From an uncultured Armatimonadetes bacterium (lineage in GTDB: Bacteria; Armatimonadota; Hebobacteria; Hebobacterales; Hebobacteraceae), in contig OY970296.1 of assembly GCA_963716175.1 (NCBI GenBank), forward strand, positions 2,688,001-2,752,000: 64,000 nt of DNA. Reading direction: 5' to 3'. Below, piece after piece: positions 28,499-38,128 of the stretch (the first letter of the stretch is position 1; every line of letters begins with the position of its first letter). The translations under genes were made by a program, and so were the position numbers. The notes under the pieces were generated by a model. The model did not search any database and had not been told where the DNA came from. It saw only the letters and a list, made by a program, of their open reading frames with translations.

Positions 28499-29920
28499 TT
28501 GATGAAGCTCGGGGACGTGGAACTGGAGTTCCGGGCTGACCGCGTTGCTATCGTCCAGGGCACCGAGAACCCGACGGTGCGGGTCTGGTTCTCGCTTCGG
28601 CCCACCGCGTCCCAGTCGGTTGGCCGCCAGCCAGCCACCGTTACCGTGCTGCTGGACTGCAGCGGCACCATGCGCAGCTTCCGCATGAACGAGGAGGAGG
28701 CCAGGCGCTGGATCCAGACCGCGCGCGAGCGCTCCGAGCTGCGGCTAGTCGAGTCCGACCGGCGAACCGTGCATCAGCTAACCGGGCAAACCCTGCAGGA
28801 TGTTCGCACCTCGGCCCGCTGCTCCCTCGCGGTGGCAGCCTCGGCGCTGGAGAAGATGGCGGCCGAACTGCACGACAGCGATGTCTGCTGTCTGGTCGGG
28901 TTCGCCACCAGGGCTGGCATCTTGCACGACGGAAGGCGCAGGCTGCGCCGCCAGTCACTCCAGGACGTACTGCACCGGATTCAGGAGGACCCGGCTTCCC
29001 CCGGCCTGGGCGACGATACCCGCATGCAAGAGGCCACCCGGATTGCCGCGACCATGTTGAAGGGCGACCCCAGCGCCCGGCGGGTCCGCCGCCTGATCGT
29101 GATCACCGATGGCATCATCCAGGATGACGTGGATACCCTCCGGGAACTGGAGGAGATCCGCAATGAGAAGATCGGGGTTACCACCATCGGTGTTGGGCAG
29201 GAGTTCAACGAGGAGTTTCTGACCCGGGTCGCGGATTGGACCGGAGGCACCTACCACTACGCCCGGACCGCGGAGGAGATCGAGAAGCGGCTGGCAGAGG
29301 ATTTCGGCGTCTTCCAGTCCATCGCCGGGACCGACCTGACGGTCTCGGCCCGGGGGCTGGAGGGCGCGGTGGTAACAGCCGTGACGCAGCTCACCCCGCA
29401 GACCCGGATGTTCGAGGAAGTGCGACTGAGGGATGATTGGTACCAGGTGGAGGTGGGAGATGTCTACGGGGGTACGGGCCTGGGCCTGATGAGCGAGTTC
29501 TCGCTGCCCTGGCTCTCGACAGGCAAGCACACGGTGGGCGAAATCCAGCTGGAGTGGCGGGACCCCGAGACCCGTGCCACTACCAAGGGCGGGCATCTGG
29601 TCCACGTGGACTGCCTGGCCCCCAACTCCCCCGGTCCTGCCGTTGATCCCGAGGTGGAGGGGATGTTCTTCCGGCTTCAGGTCTACCGCGCAGAGCGCCA
29701 TGCCCAGTGGGCCCAGGAGAGCGGGCGCCCGGGCGCGGCCACCGTGCGCCTGCGGGAGGCGAGCACTATCCTGCGGCATCTGGGCGAGCCCGAGCTGGCC
29801 GAGCGGTTCGAGCAGCAGGCCGCGGACATCGAGGCCGAGCATCCGGACTCGGACCGCACGAAGACTCTCAAGGACTGGGTGCGCCGCCTGGCGCAGCGCA
29901 AGGAAGAGGAACGGGAGTAG
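28499..29920 (+). CDS. von Willebrand factor A domain protein with helical C-terminus
   Basis: MIDAS-like LDCSGTM, VITDG, TIGVGQEFNEEFL..VA..TGG.Y.Y; C-terminal helical AT..LR.A...L..LG segment. Confidence 0.85.
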   Translation: MMKLGDVELEFRADRVAIVQGTENPTVRVWFSLRPTASQSVGRQPATVTVLLDCSGTMRSFRMNEEEARRWIQTARERSELRLVESDRRTVHQLTGQTLQDVRTSARCSLAVAASALEKMAAELHDSDVCCLVGFATRAGILHDGRRRLRRQSLQDVLHRIQEDPASPGLGDDTRMQEATRIAATMLKGDPSARRVRRLIVITDGIIQDDVDTLRELEEIRNEKIGVTTIGVGQEFNEEFLTRVADWTGGTYHYARTAEEIEKRLAEDFGVFQSIAGTDLTVSARGLEGAVVTAVTQLTPQTRMFEEVRLRDDWYQVEVGDVYGGTGLGLMSEFSLPWLSTGKHTVGEIQLEWRDPETRATTKGGHLVHVDCLAPNSPGPAVDPEVEGMFFRLQVYRAERHAQWAQESGRPGAATVRLREASTILRHLGEPELAERFEQQAADIEAEHPDSDRTKTLKDWVRRLAQRKEEERE

Positions 29921-29946
29921 CTACAGGCCCTGCCCTGCCGCGCCGG

Positions 29947-31533
29947 TCAGCCCCTGAACAGGCGGCGGCCGATCTCGTGCCAGAATCCGGTGCGGACTCG
30001 CAGGGTCAGCCGGACCCCCGTCTGAGAGATGCCGGACTCAGCCCGGAATGACACTAGCAGACTGTGAATGCCGCTGCGCAGCTCCCGCGCCAGAGGCCGG
30101 ATAGAGAACTCCACCTCACTATCTGGCTCGAGAAGGCATTCGGTCGGCGCCACCTGGACCAGTCCGGGGCGGGAGACCTGCACCCACACGCGCTCCCCGG
30201 TTCCACCTTGGTTGCGAACCTTCACCGTCATTCGCTGCACCGTCTCGCGGGTTACCGTCAGGCTGGCCTCGGTGGGGCTGGCAACCAGGGCGATCGGGGT
30301 GCGGGGCCGGCGGCGGAACCGGCAGGTGACCAGAAGGTCGCCCTGGGGCGTGCTCACCAGGATCTCGCCCTGCTCGGCCTGCCCCGAGGAGGGGCGGGCG
30401 TCGGCCACTACCCGCACGGCCTGGACGTTACCGTCAAAGGCGAGCTCCGACACTCGGCTGCCATCGGGGCGCCGAAAGGCCAGACTGGGCTGGAGCGCGC
30501 GCACCGTGCCGGACAGGGACCCGCCCCCGGCGTTGGTGATCACCAGGGTATGCTCCACCTCTCCCCGGCCGGCCGAGAGGTCGAGGTCAACCTCTTGCTC
30601 CCGGAGCGCCGGCCTCGGCGGGATCATCTGCTGCAGGTCGAGCAGCAATTCCTGGGCTGAGGGATATCGGCCCTCGGGATCCAGGCTCAAGGCCTTCCCC
30701 GCCGGACCCGCTAGCTCCACTGCCCGTTGGGCGATCTCCCGCACCGCCTCCTCGATCAGCAGCGGGTTCCGGGCGTCAATATCATCTTGCTTGAGCTGGC
30801 GATTGGTGATGAGCTCATGGATGGTGCAGCCGAGGGCGAACACGTCGAGCCGGTAGTCGGAGGTGACGACATCGGACTCCACCATCTCGCGCAGTTCCGG
30901 CGCCATGTAGCCGGGCGTGCCTGCGATCTGGGAGGCGGTTCCGTCTATGAAGGCCTGCGCCGGCCCGCCCTGGGTGACCGGGCGCAGCTTCTGGCCGGCA
31001 GGCGCGCCGGCAAAGCGCGCCGAGCCCAGATCGAGCAGCATCGCCAGGCCAGTGGCCCCTACCTTCACGTTCGCTGGCTTCACATCGTGATGGACTACAC
31101 CGTGACCATGGAGTGAGGCCAGGGCGCGCGCGAGCTGGAGGGCGAGCGGGCCCACCTCGGAGGGCGGCATCGGTCCCTCCTGGGCGAGGCGATCCCTCAG
31201 CGACTCCCCCTGGATGAACTCCAGCACCAGGTAGTGCATGCCGTCCTGGGAGAAGGCCTCGATCAGGTCCGGCAGGTGGGGATGCAGGCGAAGGCCCCAG
31301 AGCACATCCCGTTCGTGCAGATAGAGGTCGCGGACGTACTCCCGCTCGCTGACCGTGCTGCCGGGGACGAACTCCTTCAGCGCCAGGGCCACCTGCTTGC
31401 TGGACGTGGCGGCGTAGACCACCGCGTACCCGCCTTCGCCGATGACCTCGCCAACGCGGTAGCTGTCCTGTCCTCTCAGGGTCTGACCCGCCAGCAGAAC
31501 AGTGCGGTCATACTTACGGCGGCGAGTCTGCAT
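29947..31533 (-). CDS. Hanks-type Ser/Thr protein kinase with C-terminal Ig-like (BACON-like) domains
   Basis: IGEGGYAVVY, ALKE, HHDVKPANV, DLGSAR, GTPGYMAPE, DVFALG; ITNAGGGSL and VRNQGG beta-sandwich motifs; no TM. Confidence 0.9.
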   Translation of the reverse strand: MQTRRRKYDRTVLLAGQTLRGQDSYRVGEVIGEGGYAVVYAATSSKQVALALKEFVPGSTVSEREYVRDLYLHERDVLWGLRLHPHLPDLIEAFSQDGMHYLVLEFIQGESLRDRLAQEGPMPPSEVGPLALQLARALASLHGHGVVHHDVKPANVKVGATGLAMLLDLGSARFAGAPAGQKLRPVTQGGPAQAFIDGTASQIAGTPGYMAPELREMVESDVVTSDYRLDVFALGCTIHELITNRQLKQDDIDARNPLLIEEAVREIAQRAVELAGPAGKALSLDPEGRYPSAQELLLDLQQMIPPRPALREQEVDLDLSAGRGEVEHTLVITNAGGGSLSGTVRALQPSLAFRRPDGSRVSELAFDGNVQAVRVVADARPSSGQAEQGEILVSTPQGDLLVTCRFRRRPRTPIALVASPTEASLTVTRETVQRMTVKVRNQGGTGERVWVQVSRPGLVQVAPTECLLEPDSEVEFSIRPLARELRSGIHSLLVSFRAESGISQTGVRLTLRVRTGFWHEIGRRLFRG

Positions 31534-31888
31534 CCTGGGCCCCTGCCAGGTGGACAGTGAGCACGGAGAGCCGCCCTACGGCCACGCGGTCGCCTTCCTT
31601 CAGCGAGCGGGGTTGGCCCACCGATAGCCGTTCCCCGTTCAGCCAGGTGCCATTGGTGCTGCCCTTGTCCACAAGCGATGCCGTGCCGCCGGTCCAGCGG
31701 ATTTCCGCGTGCTGGCGAGAGACAGAGTCGTCTGGGCTCAGGTCAACGTCCGGGGGCTGGGGCTGCGCGGGATCGGCGCGACCAATGGTCACGACAGGGG
31801 TGGAGAAGCGCATCTCGCGCCGAGACGTGCCTACCCGCACATCCAGTCGCAGCTGACCAGCTTGTGGCCCGGACTTCTCGCCTGACAT
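31514..31888 (-). CDS. FHA domain protein
   Basis: TIGR, VSRQHA, DKGSTNGTWLNG; overlaps the kinase start by 20 nt. Confidence 0.9.
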   Translation of the reverse strand: MSGEKSGPQAGQLRLDVRVGTSRREMRFSTPVVTIGRADPAQPQPPDVDLSPDDSVSRQHAEIRWTGGTASLVDKGSTNGTWLNGERLSVGQPRSLKEGDRVAVGRLSVLTVHLAGAQDADSPP

Positions 31889-32013
31889 CTGCACCACTCC
31901 CTCGGCCGTGTCATCCCGTTCTGGCCGGCGCTGGACAAGGGAGTTCTGAGAAACCTGAGCGGAATCCTTCCCGGGAACGCCAGCGCTCCGTCGAAGTCGG
32001 GGCGGCCCCGCCG

Positions 32014-34881
32014 TCAGCGCGTGTGGATGTGATCCAGTGCAATGACGCGGGTGATAACGGAGGGTGAGAAGCAGTCCTTGCTCAGGCACTCCTCTGCCGG
32101 CACTATCTTCTCGGTCAAGCGACACATCAGGTGAGCGCGACGGTGAAGCCGCTCCTCATCGTCCTGGAAGCCAGTGGTGCCCTCCAGCTTCAGGTTGCTG
32201 CACCGCTCCCAGACTTCGGGCAGATTGCAGCTAGCGCAGGCGGACAGGGTCGTACCTCCTCGCGTGGTGTCTTGCGGTAGCGGCTGGCGGCAGCGGTAAC
32301 CGATGCCCGGCAGCTCCTCCCGCAGCTCACAATACCGGTCCTGGTGCGGCTCGAGCAGGTCCTCACGAGGCGACTCGCACTCCACCGTGCGGCTGGCCAC
32401 CAGGCCCACGTTCAGGTCCCTTACCGCCATGCGAAAAGCGGCCCGCAGCAGGATCTTCTTGACCTGCTCTGGGTCTGTCTCAAACAGCTCGCGCAGCGCC
32501 CGGTGATGCGACCGCACCTCCACTGCTTTCTCCACTCTCCCGGACAGGATCGGAACCGTCACGATGCAGCCGCACCGCCTCCGGCTCTTCCAGAGGTGAC
32601 CGACCAACTCGAACCGCCGTCCCCGCGGGCCGATCGTCTCGGCCCGGAAGAACCGCTCATCCCAGGGCTCGGGCGCGTCAGGCGCCAGCCATTCCGTAGC
32701 CCAGGTCCCCAGGCTTGCCCCCACCCCCCGCAGCCAGCGCCGCCAGGGCGGGTCCACCAGGCGCTTTCGCAAGGCCTGCTCGCGCGCCGCCTCCGGCGTG
32801 GCGGCCGCGCCAGGCACGACATCCGGCGGGGGCCCAATGCCCAGGGTCTCGGTCTCGACCTGGGTCTCGGGGCCTGCTGCCTGTTCCTCCTCGACCAGCG
32901 GCTCCGCCCGCCGGGCCCGCACGTGCGCCAGCCAGGCCACCCCCGCCACCAAAGCCAGCATGGGCAGGCTGAGGTAATAGCTCAGTACCCCTTGCTCTGC
33001 CTTCTCCTCCTCGGCTTCCCCCGGCTTCCTCTCCTCAGCCCTGGCCAGGGAGACCAGAGGTGCTGGCTCCTGGGCCAGCACCACTCTCTGCGCCGTCGTC
33101 GGCAGCGGCTTGCCCAAGATCAGCGCCAGCAGGCTGCCGACCAGCCCGCTGATCACGCCTACCACCATCGCCGCCAGGGCATAGACTGCCGACCAGATCG
33201 CTCGCAGCAGGCCGGAGGCCATCCACCAGGGCAGGTAGCCAAGATAGGTCAGGATCCGCAGCACCAGAAGCCACAACGGATAGCTGCCCTGGGGTACCCG
33301 GCCGCCGCGCCCTGACACTGCGGAGGTCTCGCTTAGTCCCCACTCGCGCTTCACCCAGCGCCAGATCTCGGCCGGTCGGGATGGCGCCAGGCTGATTTCC
33401 GAGGTGACCAGAATGAACAGCACGACAGCGCCCAGACCAGCCACGGAGAACAGCAGCCGCCCCACGCTGGTCCAGGCCTGCCAGCCGGCGTGATGGCTGG
33501 CTCCTAGCCTGGACAGGTAGCCCAGAATGGAGAACGAGGCCATCCCCCAGCTTGCCCAGAGCCAGACGGGATGCACAGGCCCGACCAGCGCGCCGATCCC
33601 CGCCACCATGGGCAGAGCCAGGCTGAGCAGCGCTCCCGCCGCCACCAGCAGAACGACCAGAGCTGGCTCAGGGTAGCGCAGGCCTGCCCCGAGGGCAGCC
33701 GAGGTGCTCCCCGGGTGGGCGGTCCCTATCGGAGCCCAGGTCAGGACCAAGGCGATGGCCGCCCCCGCCACCCCGGCAACGCAGACCCGGTTGAGGCCCA
33801 CGCGGCCCAGCGGCCAGGCATCTGCCGCCATCCCACCGATCACTGCCCCCAGCGCGATCCAGATCAGGGCCTGGAGGGCGGGCATGTCGCCACCCGCATG
33901 CCCGCCGCCCGCCAGCGCCCCGAGCCCAGCCGACAGGGCCGATCCGCGACCTGCCCACCCCGCCGCCCGCGCCAGCAGGGGCCACACCAGCAGCGCCGTC
34001 GCTGCCGCCCAGAGCAGGGCCATGATGTGGAGGCGGGCAAGGCCCAGGCTCTGGTCTCGGTGCATGCCCCCGAGGAAAGCGACCGGCGCCAGCACCGCCA
34101 GTGTCGCGCACAACCAGATCAGCGGGGAGTGAAGAATCCCCAGGGCCGCGTCCGACGGCAGCCAGGGAGTGATGCGCAGTATCAGAGGGAGTGCACCAGC
34201 CGGCGCCAGGTTGTGCCAGACCAGCGGCGCCGCTGACGCCGCCAGCACCACCCCCGCCACGCCCCCTAGGGCAGCAGCGGCGGCCCCTGCCACCCGGCCG
34301 CGCAACAGCAGCAGCGCTCCCACCGCTCCGGCGCCACCCACCAGCAGCACCGTCACCGCCCCGGGCAGGCCTGCGTCGAGCGGAGCCGAGGGGGCAGCAA
34401 CGCTAGCTCCTGCCGCCCTCGCGCCTAGCAGCAGCGCTCCCACCCCGCCCGCCAGATACGCTGACGTGTAGTGCCCGCAATGCGCCTGGTTGCTGTAGAG
34501 CAGGGCGGCCAGCGCCACACCGGCCAGCAGCCCCGAGCCAGCCACGAGGGCAGGAGCGACCACTCCTGCCGCCAGGCTCCCGGCGCCCGCCGCCGCCAAC
34601 CACACCGCGGCGGCATTCGCCACCGCGAACAGGACCCCGCACGTGGCCCCGCGACGCCCTACCGCAGCTTCGTCCTCCTGCTCCCTGCGCCACCACACCG
34701 CCGCGCCCAGCAAGCCCACGAGCACCGCCGCCTGCGTCCCAGCCACCAGGAAGACAGCCCCGCGACCCGCCAGTTCCCCCCCCATGACCGCGGGCAGAGC
34801 AAGAGAGGCAAACGCTAACAGCGCCACACTCGCGAGATCGAGATGGCCCGAAGCGGCACCTCGGCTCGATCGCCTCCACAT
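32014..34881 (-). CDS. Large polytopic membrane protein with Cys-rich soluble C-terminal domain, function unknown
   Basis: About 650 aa of Ala/Gly/Leu-rich hydrophobic segments, then a hydrophilic tail with 11 Cys; GGGAGTAGGA RBS. Confidence 0.7.
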   Translation of the reverse strand: MWRRSSRGAASGHLDLASVALLAFASLALPAVMGGELAGRGAVFLVAGTQAAVLVGLLGAAVWWRREQEDEAAVGRRGATCGVLFAVANAAAVWLAAAGAGSLAAGVVAPALVAGSGLLAGVALAALLYSNQAHCGHYTSAYLAGGVGALLLGARAAGASVAAPSAPLDAGLPGAVTVLLVGGAGAVGALLLLRGRVAGAAAAALGGVAGVVLAASAAPLVWHNLAPAGALPLILRITPWLPSDAALGILHSPLIWLCATLAVLAPVAFLGGMHRDQSLGLARLHIMALLWAAATALLVWPLLARAAGWAGRGSALSAGLGALAGGGHAGGDMPALQALIWIALGAVIGGMAADAWPLGRVGLNRVCVAGVAGAAIALVLTWAPIGTAHPGSTSAALGAGLRYPEPALVVLLVAAGALLSLALPMVAGIGALVGPVHPVWLWASWGMASFSILGYLSRLGASHHAGWQAWTSVGRLLFSVAGLGAVVLFILVTSEISLAPSRPAEIWRWVKREWGLSETSAVSGRGGRVPQGSYPLWLLVLRILTYLGYLPWWMASGLLRAIWSAVYALAAMVVGVISGLVGSLLALILGKPLPTTAQRVVLAQEPAPLVSLARAEERKPGEAEEEKAEQGVLSYYLSLPMLALVAGVAWLAHVRARRAEPLVEEEQAAGPETQVETETLGIGPPPDVVPGAAATPEAAREQALRKRLVDPPWRRWLRGVGASLGTWATEWLAPDAPEPWDERFFRAETIGPRGRRFELVGHLWKSRRRCGCIVTVPILSGRVEKAVEVRSHHRALRELFETDPEQVKKILLRAAFRMAVRDLNVGLVASRTVECESPREDLLEPHQDRYCELREELPGIGYRCRQPLPQDTTRGGTTLSACASCNLPEVWERCSNLKLEGTTGFQDDEERLHRRAHLMCRLTEKIVPAEECLSKDCFSPSVITRVIALDHIHTR

Positions 34882-36068
34882 TTCCTACTCCCTACACCAC
34901 CACCATCCGCGGCTCTGGCCACACCGTCCGTAGCCAGGGCGGCCGCGCTGAGCCGAGGTGTGTGCGGGTTAGGCGTCGTCTCTTCGGCCGGCCTGCGAGG
35001 CGCCGGCGGACCCGCCAGCGCGAGCTGGGAGAACTCCTCGGCATGCTTCGCCCGGTACAGCGCCTCCTCGTACTTCACCTGCCCGGTTCGCACCAGCCGC
35101 GCCAGGGACTGGTCCAATGACACCATGCCCGCGCGGGTCCCGGTCTGGATGGCGGAGGGAATCTGGTAGATCTTGTTATCCCGGATTGCGCTCGCCACGG
35201 CGGGGACGTTCGCCATCACCTCGAAGGCCGCCACCCGCCCCCTGCCATCCGCCCTTCGCACCAGGGTTTGCCCGATCACCCCCACCAGGTTGACCGCAAT
35301 TTGCATTCGCACCTGATCCTGCTGATAGGTGGGGAAGATGTCTATGATCCGGTTGATGGTCTCCGCCGCGTCCATGGTGTGGAGGGTGCTGATCACCAGG
35401 TGGCCGGTCTCGGCGGCGGTCATCGCCAGCCGCACCGTCTCCAGGTCTCGCATCTCGCCCACGAGAATCACATCCGGATCCTCGCGCAGCGCGTTCCGCA
35501 ACGCCTGCGTGAAGGAGTCGGTGTCGCCCCCCAGCTCCCGCTGGCTCACCATCGCTTTCTTGTTGCGATGGGTGAACTCGATGGGGTCCTCGATGGTGAT
35601 GATGTGGCAGGGGTAATGCTCGTTGATGGAGTCAATCATCGCCGCCTGCGTGGTTGACTTGCCCGACCCCACGGGCCCGGTCACCAGCACCAGCCCCCGG
35701 ACACGAGCGGGGAAGCTGCGGGCAAGCTCGGGAAGCCCTATGTCCTCCATGGTCATGGTGCGCTTGGGGATTACCCTGAGCACTGCTTCCGTGGTTCCCC
35801 GCTGCTTGAACAGGTTTAACCGGAACCGCTCCCCGTCACCGATGGTGTAGCCGAAGTCCAGCTCCCAGGCCTCGCAGAAGCGTTCCCAGGCGCGCGTCCC
35901 CACCGCCTCGGCGAGCATCTCGTCCAGTTCGAAGGCGGAGAGCGCCGGCAGGTCAGTGGTCAGCAGGTCGCCGTGAATCCGCAGCAGAGCGGGGCGGCCC
36001 GCCTTCAGGTGGATATCGGAGGCCTCCATTTCCGAGGCGATTCTGAGGTACTCATCCAGCACTGGCAT
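34815..36068 (-). CDS. pilT: PilT/PilU family retraction ATPase (3' end may be extended by an indel)
   Basis: ASDIHL, GPVGSGKST, TIEDPIE, LREDPDVILVGEMRD, HLVISTLHT, AVASAIRD. Confidence 0.9.
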   Translation of the reverse strand: MPVLDEYLRIASEMEASDIHLKAGRPALLRIHGDLLTTDLPALSAFELDEMLAEAVGTRAWERFCEAWELDFGYTIGDGERFRLNLFKQRGTTEAVLRVIPKRTMTMEDIGLPELARSFPARVRGLVLVTGPVGSGKSTTQAAMIDSINEHYPCHIITIEDPIEFTHRNKKAMVSQRELGGDTDSFTQALRNALREDPDVILVGEMRDLETVRLAMTAAETGHLVISTLHTMDAAETINRIIDIFPTYQQDQVRMQIAVNLVGVIGQTLVRRADGRGRVAAFEVMANVPAVASAIRDNKIYQIPSAIQTGTRAGMVSLDQSLARLVRTGQVKYEEALYRAKHAEEFSQLALAGPPAPRRPAEETTPNPHTPRLSAAALATDGVARAADGGGVGSRKCGGDRAEVPLRAISISRVWRC

Positions 36069-36084
36069 CGAACTGCTCCGCCTG

Positions 36085-37200
36085 CTAGCGCTCGATCCGC
36101 TTCGCGGTGGGCTCGTCGGGCTCCCGCGGCATGGGGCCGATGACGCCCGAAGCCCGCGCCCGGAAGTCCTTGGGGTTCATGCTCTTGGAGAGGGCTTGCT
36201 CGTAGGTGATCACCCCTTGCCGACAGAGGTCCACCAGGTGCATGTCCATCAGCTGCATGCCGGACTCGCGGCCGGACTCGATCACGCCGTAAAGCTGATG
36301 GGTGCGCCGCTCCCGGATGATGTTGCGGACGGCGGGAGTGGCGATCATGATCTCGAAGGCCGCCACTCGGCCGGGCCGGTCGGCGCGGGGCACCAGGGTC
36401 TGGGAGACCACGGCCTGGAGAGTGAGTGCAAGCTGGGTGCGAATCTGCTGCTGCCGCTGCGGCTCGAACACATCAACGATCCGGTCCACGGTCTGAGCGG
36501 CGTCCGTGGTGTGCACGGTGGACATGACCAGGTGGCCCAGCTCGGCCGCGGTGATCGTGAGCTGAATGGTCTCCAGGTCCCGCATCTCTCCCACCAGGAT
36601 CACATCCGGGTTCTGGCGCATGGCGTGCCGGAGCGCTTCCGCGAAGCTGCGGCTGTCGAACCCGACCTCCCGCTGACTGATGGAGGCCAGCTTGTCGCTG
36701 TGAGAGAACTCGATGGGATCCTCGATGGTGAGCACGTGCACCATGCGGTGATCGTTGAGCCGGTCCACCATTGCCGCCAGGGTGGTGGACTTGCCGCTGC
36801 CCGTGGGTCCGGTCACCAGGACCAGGCCCCGGGGAAGCATGGCCAGGTCCTTCAGGATCGGCGGCAGACCTAGCTCTTCAATGGTCTGAATCCGCAGCGG
36901 TATCAAGCGCAGCGCGGCCGAGATCCACCCCCGCTCCCAGTAGACGTTGACGCGGAAGCGCGCCATGCCGGCCACTTCGTGAGCCAGGTCCACTTCCTCG
37001 CCCCGCTGCACCCGTTCCTGCTGAGCCGGGTTCAGCATCCCGTAGATGAGCTCGGCCAGATCCTGCTGGCTCAAGGGGGGGAGATCGGTGCGCACGAGGT
37101 CGCCATGGATGCGGTAGATGGGGGGCTCGGCGGCCCGCAGATGAAGATCGGATCCCTCCCTCTCCACTAGCTCCTGCAGAAGGGAATCCAGATTGGTCAT
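36085..37200 (-). CDS. pilT: PilT/PilU family retraction ATPase
   Basis: GSDLHL, GPTGSGKST, TIEDPIE, RQNPDVILVGEMRD, HLVMSTVHT, AVRNIIRE. Confidence 0.92.
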   Translation of the reverse strand: MTNLDSLLQELVEREGSDLHLRAAEPPIYRIHGDLVRTDLPPLSQQDLAELIYGMLNPAQQERVQRGEEVDLAHEVAGMARFRVNVYWERGWISAALRLIPLRIQTIEELGLPPILKDLAMLPRGLVLVTGPTGSGKSTTLAAMVDRLNDHRMVHVLTIEDPIEFSHSDKLASISQREVGFDSRSFAEALRHAMRQNPDVILVGEMRDLETIQLTITAAELGHLVMSTVHTTDAAQTVDRIVDVFEPQRQQQIRTQLALTLQAVVSQTLVPRADRPGRVAAFEIMIATPAVRNIIRERRTHQLYGVIESGRESGMQLMDMHLVDLCRQGVITYEQALSKSMNPKDFRARASGVIGPMPREPDEPTAKRIER

Positions 37201-37958
37201 CGCGGCCGCCTACCATCCGTGGGGCCGGCCCCATTGCGCTCCACCGCACCCGGCTCGGGGGCCTGCGCTCTGCGGGAGACCTGCACCATGGGCGCGCCCA
37301 CGGGCCACTGCACGCGCTGGGAGGGAGCGAGGATGAGAGGCGCCTTCGAGCTCTGGAGCTGCTGGCGGATCTCATCGCCCGTGATCTTGCCGTAGGCCTC
37401 CGAGTGTATGCTCCACCAGGGGATGAGCATGGGGAACAGGGGCCGTTCGTTGGCCTGGGCGAAGCGAGCCGCAAGCGAGAAGGGCGGCGTGCTCAGCCGC
37501 TGATTGTACGCGCGCACGGAGCGGTTGAAGCGATCTCGCAGGGGCGCCAGCCGGCTGTCTACCGCCTCGACCGCTTCCATGAGTCGGGAGATGTCCCGGT
37601 CGGCCTGGAAGGCCGGGCCCCGGTGGAACTGCTCTACCGCAGTCTGCACTGTCAGCACCAGCCCGTTCTGGACTGCGGCATGGGTATGCGGGTCGTTGGT
37701 CTCCTCCATCCGCCGCAGCAGGTACTGGATGTCATCAGCTAGCTTGGGGTTGGTGCGCAGGAGCTTGCGCAGGTGGTTGTTGAGCTCGCCCACTAGGTGG
37801 CATCGCTCACGCAGCTGGAAGTAGATGTCGTCCCAGAGACCGCGCATGCGCTCCAGCTCATACCCCAGCCAGAGACGGCAGAGCAACACCATGGCCCCTG
37901 CGGCCACCACGGCCAGGCTGAGAACCCACCACCAGTCTGCTCCAGCAGCCTGCGACAT
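37197..37958 (-). CDS. LemA-family protein with C-terminal extension
   Basis: N-terminal TM; W.DI..QL.ER..L; PAFQAD; RDRFNRSVRAYNQRL..PP.SL.A; ATGA-coupled to pilT. Confidence 0.75.
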   Translation of the reverse strand: MSQAAGADWWWVLSLAVVAAGAMVLLCRLWLGYELERMRGLWDDIYFQLRERCHLVGELNNHLRKLLRTNPKLADDIQYLLRRMEETNDPHTHAAVQNGLVLTVQTAVEQFHRGPAFQADRDISRLMEAVEAVDSRLAPLRDRFNRSVRAYNQRLSTPPFSLAARFAQANERPLFPMLIPWWSIHSEAYGKITGDEIRQQLQSSKAPLILAPSQRVQWPVGAPMVQVSRRAQAPEPGAVERNGAGPTDGRRPR

Positions 37959-38128
37959 ACCGGCCTTCGCTCCGCGGGCGCGCGCTGCGCCCGCCTCCCC
38001 CCTCCCGGTTCTCCGGGAGACCCTCGCCAGATGCGCGACGCCCGGTCACGTCTGGCTTTCCGTGTGGCTCTCAGGTTGTGGCAGCGGACTCTATCTTGCC
38101 TTCGCCCCTTCTCTGTCGCGGTGGAACC

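Noticed and set aside
34815-34990. Meaningful C-terminal extension of the second PilT overlapping the next gene by 67 nt
   Set aside because: Low-complexity tail with out-of-frame stops just before the next RBS; could be another indel and cannot be resolved here.
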